Source of the DNA: a virus
Taxonomy: Duplodnaviria > Caudoviricetes
DNA length: 55,241 bases
Direction: 5' to 3' (one strand)
Virus record (IMG/VR): IMGVR_UViG_3300032282_001003
Coordinates: 1 to 55,241 of that record
Shown: piece by piece, positions 36,422-47,900 of the stretch
Numbering within the stretch: the stretch's first letter is position 1
How the letters are laid out: every line of letters starts with the position of its first letter
Made by a program: the position numbers and the translations under genes
The notes under the pieces: model-generated
The model's database searches: none
What the model saw: the letters and a program-made list of their open reading frames with translations, nothing else
What the model was told of the DNA's origin: nothing

Positions 36422-38751
36422 GCCTTCACGCACTTGCACACAACATGGCAGCGCAAGGTCGCGGCCCGGACTCTACCCTCGTCCATATGTCGCCTCGTGA
36501 AGTTCACGGGCTGCAAGCTTTGGCGATGGCCAACGGCGGAACGCTGACAATCAACCCCCAGACTGGCCTGCCCGAAGCAGGCTTCTTGGACAGCATCCTA
36601 CCGGCAATTGCCGGTTTTGCGCTTAATACTTTTGCGCCGGGGTTGGGCGAGACAGTGGGTGGCATCTTTGGTCTGGGCGGTGCAGCAGGCACGGGTATTG
36701 CAATTGGCGGAGCCACCGCGCTGGCTTCTGGCGATTTGAGCAAAGGCCTCATGGCCGGGCTGGGTGCGTATGGTGGGGCGGGGTTGGGTAGCTCTTTGTT
36801 GGGTGCAGGCGACAACGCACTGCAAGCAGCGGCATCGCCGGGTGCCGGGCACGGCGCGTATTTGCCCGCAGCAGAAGCTGCGCCCGCTTCGACGCTTGAG
36901 CGTGTAAAGGCTGGCATGAGCGCTGTCGGTGACGCTCCCAAAGATTTCATGAAGAGCAATCTGATGAACCTTGGCTTTGCCGCAGCCCCGGCAATCTCCG
37001 GTGCGCTTGAGGAAGACTCCCCCAACTATCCAAAACCCCATCCGGGCTACATTCGGGTGTTTAAGACTGACCCAGTGACAGGCCGTTCGTATCAGACCGA
37101 GGCGGTCAAAGCCGACGAGTGGGGCGGCAGACCCGCAATTGAATGGGGCGGCGTTCCTCCGACTGCCTACGGCGCTGCTGGCGGTTTGATGCAGCACTAC
37201 GATACTGGCGGCACAACTTCGGTAGGCGTACCTGTCTGGGGTGGCGTAGGCGAGGCGGAACTTCCAGAAACAACACCGGAATACCGGGCGCTATCGGACT
37301 CTGAAAAAGTGCAGCGCTACTTGATGGGCGAGGGGCCAAACCCATTCCTGTTCTACCACAAAGCACCTGACCCAATTAAAAAAGCCGAAGAAGCCACCAA
37401 AGATATTGCCAAGGTGGTGGAAGAGCAAAAGCGCGGCGGCAGCGGCATGAGCCTAGAAGAGCGGGAAGCCAAAAACGACCCCAAGGCTTGGGCAAACTTG
37501 TCGGATTCGGAGAAGGCAGATTATTTTGCCAACCCAAACTCCACCATTTTTGGCATCCCTGCGCTAGACATTCAAGAGAAATTCCAGAACTATTGGGCCT
37601 CATCGCCTTTTGGAATGGCTCAAAACTACTTTGCCCCCGGAGAACAAGCCAGAGCCGCAAACATTACCAACGCGGCCCGGATGCAGATGGCTTTGCAAAA
37701 CTCAGCCAACACGGGTGCAAACTTAGACAACGGACTTGCCACAGTTCGTCAGAATCCTTTTGACACACAAAAAGCTTTTATTCCCGCAGACTCCAGTGCC
37801 GATGCGTTGGACGCAGGAATGCGGGCGGAACAACAAAATGCCACTAGGTATGGCGAAGGTCGTGAAGGAACAGTGTCAAGCGGCACCTTGTCTGAGCATG
37901 TAAATCAGCAAGATAGAGCAAACGAGCGAGACAGTGGTGGCGAAGCCCGTGGCGGTTTGCTTGATTCTCGTTACGCGGGCGGCGGAACTACCGGTGGTGG
38001 AAGCCTTGACCTGCATGTCCCAATCAACATTGGTGGGGGTGGCGGTGGCGGTGGCGGTGGTGGTGGTGGCTTTGGCGGTGGGCAGTATCAGCCTTTTGGC
38101 CAAGGTGGTGACGACTTTGGTGGCGGCTTTGGCGGTAATTTTGCGGCTTTGGCTTCTCCGTTGGCTTCTCCGCAACAAGGTGGAATGCAGCCACCAGAAC
38201 CCGACTTCTTGGGCCAACAACTGAACAGCCTGCCTAGCTACCAAGCTTTTCAAAAAGCCCAGAAAGACTTTGAAGGTAGTGACGAGTTCAAGAACTTCCA
38301 AAAGTACGCGCAGGAGTACCAACAGCAGCAAATGCAGCAGCAACAGCAGCAGGGACTTGACTACCGGTCGAATGCTTTTGGTGGCCCTAGGGGTGGTGTA
38401 CGTCGTGGGTACGGGGCTAACATGGCAGCGGGCGGCATCACCGCGCTGGCTGACGGCGGCATGTACAACCTCGGCTCCTACTCTGATGGCGGTAGGCTGC
38501 TGCGCGGCCCCGGCGATGGTGTGTCCGACGACATTCCTGCAACTATAGGAGATAAACAGCCAGCACGTCTAGCTGATGGTGAGTTTGTGGTTCCGGCCCG
38601 CATTGTCTCCGAGTTGGGCAACGGCTCCACGGAAGCTGGCGCACGCAAGCTATACCAAATGATGGACAGGGTTCAGAAAGCCCGCCACAAGACCGTAGGC
38701 AAAGACAAAGTTGCGGCCAATACCCGCGCTGAAAAATACCTTCCCGCATAA
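36418..38751 (+). CDS. internal virion/ejection protein
   Basis: GRGPDSTLVH...TINPQTGLPE N-domain, Gly/Ala hydrophobic segment, C-terminal GPGDGVSDDIPA...LADGEFVVPA domain. Confidence 0.65.
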   Translation: MSLHALAHNMAAQGRGPDSTLVHMSPREVHGLQALAMANGGTLTINPQTGLPEAGFLDSILPAIAGFALNTFAPGLGETVGGIFGLGGAAGTGIAIGGATALASGDLSKGLMAGLGAYGGAGLGSSLLGAGDNALQAAASPGAGHGAYLPAAEAAPASTLERVKAGMSAVGDAPKDFMKSNLMNLGFAAAPAISGALEEDSPNYPKPHPGYIRVFKTDPVTGRSYQTEAVKADEWGGRPAIEWGGVPPTAYGAAGGLMQHYDTGGTTSVGVPVWGGVGEAELPETTPEYRALSDSEKVQRYLMGEGPNPFLFYHKAPDPIKKAEEATKDIAKVVEEQKRGGSGMSLEEREAKNDPKAWANLSDSEKADYFANPNSTIFGIPALDIQEKFQNYWASSPFGMAQNYFAPGEQARAANITNAARMQMALQNSANTGANLDNGLATVRQNPFDTQKAFIPADSSADALDAGMRAEQQNATRYGEGREGTVSSGTLSEHVNQQDRANERDSGGEARGGLLDSRYAGGGTTGGGSLDLHVPINIGGGGGGGGGGGGGFGGGQYQPFGQGGDDFGGGFGGNFAALASPLASPQQGGMQPPEPDFLGQQLNSLPSYQAFQKAQKDFEGSDEFKNFQKYAQEYQQQQMQQQQQQGLDYRSNAFGGPRGGVRRGYGANMAAGGITALADGGMYNLGSYSDGGRLLRGPGDGVSDDIPATIGDKQPARLADGEFVVPARIVSELGNGSTEAGARKLYQMMDRVQKARHKTVGKDKVAANTRAEKYLPA

Positions 38752-38761
38752 GGAATAGATC

Positions 38762-40138
38762 ATGGCTGACCAAACCGTAACAAACATACAAGGCTTTGCC
38801 CCGGTAATCGAACCTTACGCATCCAGCGTACTGGGCCAAGCCGCCAATCTTGCTGGCAAAAACTACCAAAGCTATGCTGACTGGGCTAAAGCAAAAGGGT
38901 TGTCTGGCGATCAAGTAGCTGCGTTCACCGATCTTCAAAAGCAGGCTTTTACTGGAGCCAAAAACCTCGACCAAAACCAATACTCTCAAGCTTCCGCCGC
39001 AGGTCTTCAAGGGCTGGCCCAAAAAGCTGGAGACCTGAACTACGCCCCGACGCAGTTTGCAAACCAATATCAAGCCCCCGCCGGATACCAAACAGGTCAG
39101 TTCAGCTACCAGCAAGCCCAAGCGCCGTCGTTGCAAAATTACCAGATGGGGCCAGCAGAGCGTGTAAAAACACAAAGCTTTACCCAGCCCGGTTCTGCCG
39201 ATGCCTACATGTCCCCCTACATGCAGAATGTGGTGGACGTTCAAAAGCGCGAAGCACAACGCCAGTCCGGTATTCAAGGCGCTCAACAGCAAGCTCAAGC
39301 TGCGCAGGCTGGGGCTTTTGGCGGTGGTCGTGACGCCATCATGCGTGCTGAACGTGAGCGCAATCTTGGCCAGCAGATGAACGACATCCAAGCCACTGGC
39401 TCCCAAGCGGCATACCAGCAGGCCCAGCAGCAGTTCAACGCCGAACAAAACGCACGTCTGGCAGCGCAGCAAGCCAATCAACAGGCCGGTCTCACTGTGG
39501 GTGGTCAGAACTTGGCTGCAAACCTTGGCGTTCAACAGCTTGGCGCGGGACAAAACATGCAGGCACAGTTGGCCAACCAGCAAGCCGGGCTCACTACTCA
39601 GCAGCAACAAGAGCAGTCTCGTCAGTACGGCTACGGGCAGGGTATGAACTCCGCCGCGCTAAACGCCCAGTATGGGCTGGCTGCGCAGCAAGAAGCCGAA
39701 CGTTCTCGTCAGTTTGGTGCTAACTACGGACTACAAGGTTTGCAAGCAGGCATGCAGGGCTACGGTGCTTTGGGCTCCCAAGGTCAGAACTTGTATGGCC
39801 AGACTACGGGTAACTTGCAACTGCAAAATGCGTTTGGTACGCAGCAACAGCAGCAAGGCCAGAACATGATTGACGTAAACCAGCAGAACTACGCCAACGA
39901 AATGAACTACCAGCCCCGGATGGTTAGCTGGATGTCGGACATTGTTAACCGCGCCCCGGTATCGAACCTAGGCTCGTACGGTTACACGTCGCCCCCGTCG
40001 CTTGTTAGTCAGGCAGCGGGGCTAGGCACGGCAGCAATTGGCGCTTCCAAGCTTTTTGGCAAAGCCAAGGGCGGTCAGATTAAACAGCGCGGTGCAGGTT
40101 TGGCCGACTTGGCCATGTACAAAATGAGCCGGGGGTAA
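38762..40138 (+). CDS. DNA-transfer/ejection protein (Gln/Ala-rich)
   Basis: YMSPYMQNVV...AGAFGGGR motif; Q-rich helices. Confidence 0.7.
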   Translation: MADQTVTNIQGFAPVIEPYASSVLGQAANLAGKNYQSYADWAKAKGLSGDQVAAFTDLQKQAFTGAKNLDQNQYSQASAAGLQGLAQKAGDLNYAPTQFANQYQAPAGYQTGQFSYQQAQAPSLQNYQMGPAERVKTQSFTQPGSADAYMSPYMQNVVDVQKREAQRQSGIQGAQQQAQAAQAGAFGGGRDAIMRAERERNLGQQMNDIQATGSQAAYQQAQQQFNAEQNARLAAQQANQQAGLTVGGQNLAANLGVQQLGAGQNMQAQLANQQAGLTTQQQQEQSRQYGYGQGMNSAALNAQYGLAAQQEAERSRQFGANYGLQGLQAGMQGYGALGSQGQNLYGQTTGNLQLQNAFGTQQQQQGQNMIDVNQQNYANEMNYQPRMVSWMSDIVNRAPVSNLGSYGYTSPPSLVSQAAGLGTAAIGASKLFGKAKGGQIKQRGAGLADLAMYKMSRG

Positions 40139-40141
40139 GAA

Positions 40142-41833
40142 ATGGACATCGGACAAGCCAATGATGTGATGGACAGCCTTGCGCTGATGCCTGATGCTTC
40201 GCTGCAACAATATGCGCAGATGCACAAAGACGACCCGTATGTGATGTCGCTGGCATTGAGCGAGAGCAACCGCCGCAAGAAAATCCGTGCCGCGCAGCAG
40301 GCGCAGGGTGGGCAGATGCCCCAGCCCAAGGTAGTCGATCAGGCAATCCAAGGCATCAACCCACCTCCGCCGCAACCGCAGCCCCCACAGGGCATGCCCC
40401 AAGGCGCACCGCAGCAACCCCCTCCTCAGCAACAATTGCCGGAGCAACAAGGCGTTGCGCAGTTGCCTGCGCCCAATATGCAGCAAATGGCTGACGGCGG
40501 TATTGTTGGGTACGCAGACGGCGGTGACGTTGAGTACAAGTATGTGCGCGATCCTTCCGGGCGCGTGGTGCGCGTTCCTGTTGATAAGTCCGAGAAGAAA
40601 GCTGGCCTTTTAGACTCGTTGAAAAGTTTGTGGGAATACTCAAATCGCAACGCAGCCAGTCCTGCGGTTGCGGCTCCTCCCCCGCCGCCTTCTGCACCCC
40701 CACCGCCTCCGGCAGCACCTTCGCCACAAGCAGCTAGTGCACCTCCGCCCCCACCACCGGCGGCACTAAATCGTCCGGGCCAAATGACTACGGCTAATGA
40801 TCCGCGTGTAGCTGCGCTTAAAGCTCCCCCAACGGGCCCTGCGGCTGGCCCTGCTTCTACGGGCGGCGCAGGTATTGCTTCGTTGGTCACTGACCCGGCA
40901 CAAGCGGCCAAACAACTGGCTGACATCCAAGCTGCGCAGAAAGTCGAAGTGCCGCCAGAGCTTCAAAGTAGGATTGATTCCTTTGGCGAAAAACGACGTA
41001 GCGCACTTGATGCAGAAGAAGCACAACGCCTGAAAGACATCGAGGCTGCTGGCACCGCTTTCTCCGATCGTGAAGCGCGTCTCAAAGAAAAGCAAGGCCG
41101 TATCGACGCGCAGGAAAAAGACCTTGGCGCAATGGCTTTGATGCAGGCTGGTTTTGCCATGATGAGCGGGACTTCCCCACACGCACTGGCCAACATTGGC
41201 GCTGGCGCTACTATCGGTATGAAGGCTTACCAAGAAGGTCTGGACAAGATCGAGAACGCCAAGGACAAACTGGACGATGCGTTTGGTCGTATCGAGGAGT
41301 TCCGTCGCAACGAGCAGATGATGAACGCCAAGGAAAAACGGAAGTACCTGCGTGATGTTGGCGACACTTTTGCCGAAGCCGAGAAAATGAGCGTCAGCGC
41401 AATCGAGAAAAGCTGGGGAGCCAGCCGGGATGATGCGCGTACTATTTACAGCGGCGTGTTGGCAAACAGTCGTGAGCTTGCAACACAGAAATTCCAAGCG
41501 GGCGAAAACGCAGCTAACCGGGCAAATACACTGGCTCAGACACGCCTTGCTGCGGAGCTACGTCCCAGCCCAACGGCTATGTACGAGTCGTTTGCTGATC
41601 CAAACAGTAAAGCCGCAAAAGGACTGGCCACTTACGCAGGAATAATGGGGCCAGAAGCCAAAGGGGAGCAGTCAATGATTAAGTACTGGAACTCTATGGA
41701 GGGCGGCTTAAAGCTCAACATGATGGCAAACTCCAAAGACCCAGACGAACGTGCCCGTGCTCAGGCTATTAAAGCCCAGCTTAAAGCCGCCAACCTACCC
41801 GGAGCAGTCCGCGTTCCAGACGCATTGCCTTAA
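40142..41833 (+). CDS. ejection/internal virion protein
   Basis: MADGGIVGYADGG; Pro-rich linkers; LMQAGFAMM...SPHAL.NIG.G motif; coiled coil. Confidence 0.65.
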   Translation: MDIGQANDVMDSLALMPDASLQQYAQMHKDDPYVMSLALSESNRRKKIRAAQQAQGGQMPQPKVVDQAIQGINPPPPQPQPPQGMPQGAPQQPPPQQQLPEQQGVAQLPAPNMQQMADGGIVGYADGGDVEYKYVRDPSGRVVRVPVDKSEKKAGLLDSLKSLWEYSNRNAASPAVAAPPPPPSAPPPPPAAPSPQAASAPPPPPPAALNRPGQMTTANDPRVAALKAPPTGPAAGPASTGGAGIASLVTDPAQAAKQLADIQAAQKVEVPPELQSRIDSFGEKRRSALDAEEAQRLKDIEAAGTAFSDREARLKEKQGRIDAQEKDLGAMALMQAGFAMMSGTSPHALANIGAGATIGMKAYQEGLDKIENAKDKLDDAFGRIEEFRRNEQMMNAKEKRKYLRDVGDTFAEAEKMSVSAIEKSWGASRDDARTIYSGVLANSRELATQKFQAGENAANRANTLAQTRLAAELRPSPTAMYESFADPNSKAAKGLATYAGIMGPEAKGEQSMIKYWNSMEGGLKLNMMANSKDPDERARAQAIKAQLKAANLPGAVRVPDALP

Positions 41834-41849
41834 TGGCATAATTAAAGTA

Positions 41850-41877
41850 CCCCCAGCAAGTTCGGCCTTGTTGGGGG
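41850..41877 (+). other. stable hairpin in the leader of the giant gene
   Basis: CCCCCAGCAAG-TTCGGC-CTTGTTGGGGG, 11 bp including one G-U. Confidence 0.55.
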
Positions 41878-41911
41878 GACGTGATTTCTAGCCGCACAAT
41901 TTGGATGCATC

Positions 41912-44900
41912 ATGCCTTTAGCGCTACCTTTACCAGACGGTCGTTTTGTGACTATTCGGGAGGGCGAAACGCCCGAACAAACATGGGCGCGAGCGCAAAA
42001 GATGTATCCAGATGCGTTTGCTGCAAAGCAGGCACCAGCAGCACCGTCCGGTTCGGGAAGCTGGCTTGGCGATGTCGCCACAGCATTCAAACAAGGCGCG
42101 GTAGGGTCAACAAAAGCGTTGACTGATGTCCTTGGCGCACAGAATGCGGCGTCTGCTTCGTTGGGCGCAACGTCCGAAGCGTTGCAAAAAGACTACTCCG
42201 CAGCACGGCAGGCCGAACTACAGGCCCAAGCCGATCGCATGAAACAGGCCGAAGCCTCTGGTAGTACGTGGGAAGAAATCAAAGCTGGCTTGAAAAATGT
42301 GGCCGAAGCGCCCGCACAAGCTGCTGCGCAAGGACTTGGCTCCCTTGTGCCCTACGTCCCCACAATGTTCCTTGGCCCCCTAGCGGGAGCGTTGCGGCTT
42401 GCTAGGCCCACGGTGGCTGCGCTGGAGTCAATCAGCAGCGCCGCGCCTAAAGTTCTTGGCACCGCGCAGGGCATGGGCACGGTTAAAGGTGCGGTGTACG
42501 ACGCCGTTTTGCAGAAAGAAACCGAAGCTGGCGTGTCGCCCGAGGTGGCCAAACAAAAGGCAGAAGCCGCACAAGACTACTTTGGAAAGAACGCAGACCA
42601 GATATTGCTTGGCGGCGGGCTGGGGTATTTGGCCGGTAGCAGCGGCGTTGAGCGTCTACTGACTAAGCCGGGTGTTGCAGCCGCGCCACAGGGGCTTGCC
42701 CGTCGTATCGGTACGGCTGCTGGTGAGGAGTTTATTACTGAGGGCCCGCAAGGCGGGCAAGAGCGGCTTGCCGCAAACTTGGCACAACAGCGTGCCGGGT
42801 ACGATGTCCCAACAATGCAGGGCGTCATTGGCGCAGGACTGCAAGAAGGACTGACAGGTGCGCTCACGGCAGGGCCGGTGGCAGCTTTGCGTGGGCCGCA
42901 GGCCGCAACTACCAAGACCCCCCAGCAGACAGAAGTCGAGCAAGCCCGTGCTGAGGAAGAGGCGCGGCTCCAGAAAGACCGGGAGTACAAGGCAAGCCCT
43001 GCCTACTTGCAAGACGTTGTTGCGCAGTACGAAGATTTGGCCCAGCAAAAGAAAGACTTGGTTGGCCAGAAGAAAAAAATTGAGAAGGGCTCCCTCACCG
43101 AGGACGCTGACAAGGCGTTCAACAAAGACATCGAGACCCAACTCAGTGCGCTGCAAAAGAAGATTAACCCGTTGGCCAAGGACTACTACCAAGCCAAGTC
43201 CTATGTCACCCAGCAGGCAAAGCAAGCTGAACTTGCTGGCATGACTCCGCAGGAGTACATGCTGCAACAGATGGGCGTAAAGCCCTCAGCCGCCAAAGTA
43301 GAACCTGAGAACGAGTGGGTTACGCTGGCTACTCAAAACAAACCTGCCAAGGTTGAGCCTTCGGACGTAGAAAAATACATGCAGGGGCAGTTCCAAGCGG
43401 CCCAAGGACTGGTCAACGATCCGGGCGGCTACGCAGACTACATGATGCAAGACCCCCAGATGGCTGCACAAATTGTGCAGAACCGTTTGAAAGTTCCGGG
43501 GCTATCCGCTTCAGAAAACAACCTGCTCCTGTCGGGCATTTCTTTGCGTCTCAAGGAACAAGAGAAGGTTGCGCAACGTGCAGCCAAACAGGAACTTGGC
43601 CAGCGTCAAGCAGACCTGCAATCACAAAAGCTGACCACGCCGGAAGACCAGATGGCGTTGTTTGCCCAGTCCACAGAGGATGTGGAGAAGCTGCGTGCCG
43701 AGGGCGAGACAAACTTTGACTACCTTGACCCAATGTTTGAGAAGGCGTTGTCGGGCAAGCAGCCGGTAGTCCAAGTAAGCGAGGCAGTTAAGCCCACGGA
43801 CAAGGCCCCCCTGATCCGTCAGCAAGTAGAAAGCCTGATGGAGACGGCTGACCAAGCCGACAAAGATTACCAGACAGCACGAAGCGCCAACCAGCCCGAC
43901 GCTGCCCGCAAAGCATACGAGCGCGGCAACCAAGCCATTGCGCAGATCAACACGCTAAGCAAAGAAGGCGGCGACTACGCCCGTGAGTTCTTGTCCGCAC
44001 GCCGAGCACAGAACAACGCAATGGCGCAGCTTGGTGATATTACCGAGCAGCTACGTACTGGCCAGACGCTGGGCGGTACCAACAAAGAGATGGCCGCTTC
44101 TACCGAGCAGTCACTGACAAACAAAGCCAACCAAGTCCGCGCACAACTTGTTGCTGCCACGCTACAAGAAGCAGCTATCCACCGCCGTGCCGCAGGTAAC
44201 CCTGCGCTCACCTATGACGAAGCCATCAAGGCCGCGTCTGTAGTTCATGATGCCGTCAACGACTGGGTGGAGCGCTCGAAAGTAAAGAATACGCAGCCCA
44301 CGTATGAAGACGTTGTTGTGCAGCCTGCGCAGATGCGCGCAGACAAGATTGTCCGCCCTGCCGTAACAGAGCGTCGTCAGGTGTCTCCGGGCACACAGGC
44401 AATCAGCCCAGCAGAAGCCAAGCACTTCCAAGCCCGCGTGCTTGCAGCACGTAACCAACTGATTGCGCCCCCGCAAGGATTAGGCCGTCGCATTGAGACT
44501 GGCATACTGAAACGCCAGTTTGCTGCACAAGAAGCAGCCAAGACAGCCGAGGCCCGTGGAGAAACTGCCACCACGCTGGCAGGTGAGTTACGCCGTCTTC
44601 GTGAGTATGTTCTGAATAAAGTAGACAAGGTTTTGCAGACGGTTGACTTACCAGAAGGCGGTGCCCGTGTTGTTGGTGGCCCCGATAAATACGGACGTGA
44701 TGAGCGCGGCGTTCTTAGGGAAGAAGGTTTGCGGGAGTTGATGGAACGAGCGCGGGATGTTTTGGATACCGGTACTCCGTCCCGTATGTTGATTGACGCT
44801 ATTGAAGCGCAAGCGGACAGGTTGTTGCGTGGCGAAGATTTAGGAACCACGACTGTTACCCGCACGGTTGTAACAGACCAAGGCCGTAAGGTTGCAAGAA

Positions 44901-47900
44901 CACGGGAAGGCGAGGAAGCATCACCCGTAATGGTTATCCGTGGGCGTAAGTTTGGGCAGGTTGCAGAGGAAGAGGCGCGTGCCCCAGAAAGCCGTTACAC
45001 GGAAGAACTACGTGCAGGTTTGCGTGCATACCAACAAGGGCAAGGACTTGATTTTGAGGCTGGCAGAACACAAGGTTCTGCGCGTTTAACAGAAGAACAA
45101 CGAGCGGCATTGGCACAACAGGGTTTTGATTTTGTTGCGCCCAGCAAAGGTGTAGCCGCAAAACAGATGTCTGCGGAAGAACAGCAGCAACTTGAAGCAA
45201 GTAAACAGCGGCAAGCTGTAAAACAAGCGCAAGCACAGCAATCTTTATTCCCAGAAACCAACGAAGAGTTCGGTTACATCCGTGCCACTGCGGCCAACTT
45301 CGCCAAGTCGCCGCGCATGAAACCTGTGTGGGAAGCGCTGGACAAAGCCCGCGCCCTGTTCAAGAAGACCGAAGCCGCTCGTGCGCAGCGTAGTGCCACG
45401 GTAAAAGCACGCACGCGTGAGTTGGAGAACTTGCAGTCGCGCATTGAGAACATTACCAAGAGCGCTGAGTTCATTGCTGCCCGTCAAGAAAAGTGGACTG
45501 CTGAGCAGTTGGCAAATACTTTTGCGGCTGAAAAAGGCAAGGGCTTGAGCCCGACAGAACGTACCGAGCTTATTAAAGACGCTTTGAGGACAGTGAGCGA
45601 AGGTCGCCGCCTTGATGATTTGGACAATCGCTTGCTTGGTTTCATGCAGGACACCAACAAAGAAATCAGCGATGCTGCCAAAGAAATGCATGAGAAGACC
45701 GCGCCGCTACGTGACGCGGTAGCGGCTATTAAGAAAGCGATGAAGACATCGCCCGTGGTGACGGCTGAAGAAAAAGCAATGCTTGCCCATGAGGATGAGA
45801 TTAAAAAGCAACGCGGCGAATACCAGCGTGCTACAGAGCAGGCGATTGCAACAGCACGCAAGGACATGGAAACCGCACGCGCTGAGTTGCTTGACCCCTT
45901 GATTAAACAAACGTCCGATGCACTGGCCAAAGCTGAGTCCACGCTGACCAAAGAAAAGAAAGCGTTGGAAAAGTTCAAGGCAGATTTTGAGGGCCCGGTT
46001 GAAGGTAGCCCGCAAGTCAAAAACGAAATCAGAACCTACTTCCTGTTTAAGATCGAAGAAAAGCAAGACGTTATTGCGGACTTGACCGGGCAGATTGAAA
46101 AGCAGAAAGACGATCTGGAAGCTTTGGTTGCGCAACGTTACGAGGAGATGGATGGGGCCGCTGCCGTAGCGCAGGCCATGCTGGACAAAAACGTCAAGAC
46201 CGAGCGCACATGGTTGGAGATGTTGGAAGCCCAGTTGGCGTTTGTCCGTGGCGATGACGTGCTCAAGAAAGCAAGCTCGTATCCGTTTGCTGCGGAGCGT
46301 GCCCGCATAAACGCCAAGAATCAAACGCAGGTGGTTAAGGCCGCAGAGAAGCGTGCTGAGGAGTTCAAGGCAGCAGCCAAGACCCAGCAGCAGGAGATGG
46401 AAGCGTTTTGGCAAGACAATCTTGGCGGCGAAGGTATCAAGGTTGCCCGCAAGAAAATTGGCGGCGAACAACGCAAAGCGTACGAAAAAATTGAAACCGA
46501 TATTGCCAAGCAAAAAGAAAAAATTGCAGATATTGAAGCGGCGCTTGAAGGAACTTTGACAAAGCGCGATCGCAACGCCAAAGAAACCGCGCTCAACAAA
46601 GCAAACGAAGCTCTGACAGCTTTGCAAAAAGAAGAGCGCGAGTTCTCCACACGTTTCTACGAAGTATCCAAAACACTGACCAAGGAAGAAAAAGAAGCCA
46701 AGCGTTTGCAGGAAGCAGGCATCCAGTCCGCAATGCGTCTGGATAAGATTGAGCGTAGCGACTTGGTTAAAAACGCCCAGACAAAACTGCTGGCTGACCA
46801 GATTGCAGATCGCCTTGTGCAGTTGGAAGAAGTTCCCGGCTCCAACGACATTGATGAACTTAGAAAAGTACTTGATAGCGACAAGGCCACTGAAAAAGAA
46901 ATTATCAACGCCCAAGTACGTATTGGGTTGTTGCAAGAAATAAAAGCGTTGGAAGCACAGGAAGAAGTACTGAGCGAAGGTAAGCCACGCAGGAAACAAG
47001 GCCCCGCTACCACGCTTAGCAGCAGTGCTTTGGCCAAAGGCAAACCGTTGCGTACTGGGTTTGTTAAGGTTTTGGAAAAAACATCCGAAGCCATGCGTGC
47101 TGAAAAAGAAAGCGGTACGTACGGCGAAGAGCGCTTTACTGGTAGTGATCTTGAGGGTGCCAACTTATTCTTTGGTGGCGAAGATCGTTTCTTCTCACGC
47201 GGCAAACCTGCTGAAGGCCAGACAGTTGCGTCGCTCAAAGAAGAACTGCGTCAAGTCATGGGTGAAAGTGTTACAAGCCGTGGCAACGTAAAAATCTACC
47301 AAAACGTAGAGGACTACATACAACAGCAAAAACCCGAACTGCAAGCCGCGCTTCGTCAACAAATTCCATCAGATGCTAAAGGTTTTGCAAAAGGGAATAA
47401 AGCTGTTTTGTTTGCTGAGAATATTGGTAAGGGGCATGGGCTGGGCGTGCTGCTCCACGAAATCGGCGTACACGTAGGTTTTCGCAGCTTCTTTAACGAA
47501 GGCCAATACAAGGCGCTGGTCAACCAAGTCAAACAATGGGCAAAGCGTACTGACGGCTCCATCGAAGAAAAAGTTGGTAAAGCCGCGCAACGTCGCGTTG
47601 AAATGGCAAACACAGAAGCGTCGCAAGTTGATGATGAGTTGCTGGCCTACGCCGTAGAAGAAGCCGTACAAATGGGTGTTAACCCACAAGGTGTTAAAGG
47701 CGGTTCAGCGTTGCGCAACTGGTTGAACATGGTTGTTGCGGCGTTCAAGAAAGCGCTAAACGCTTTTGGTATCAATCCAACAAACTTACAAGCAGGCGAC
47801 TTGGTTAACTTTGCCTATGGCTGCGCCCAGTTGGAACTCAAAGGAACATGGCACGGCACAGGCGCTAAATTCGATCAGTTTGATTTTGCGTACATGGGCT

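Noticed and set aside
36418-38751. Tape measure protein
   Set aside because: Shares the GPG...GEFV segment, but there is no tail tube, sheath or chaperone frameshift pair; the nozzle/adaptor/ejection gene order indicates a short tail.
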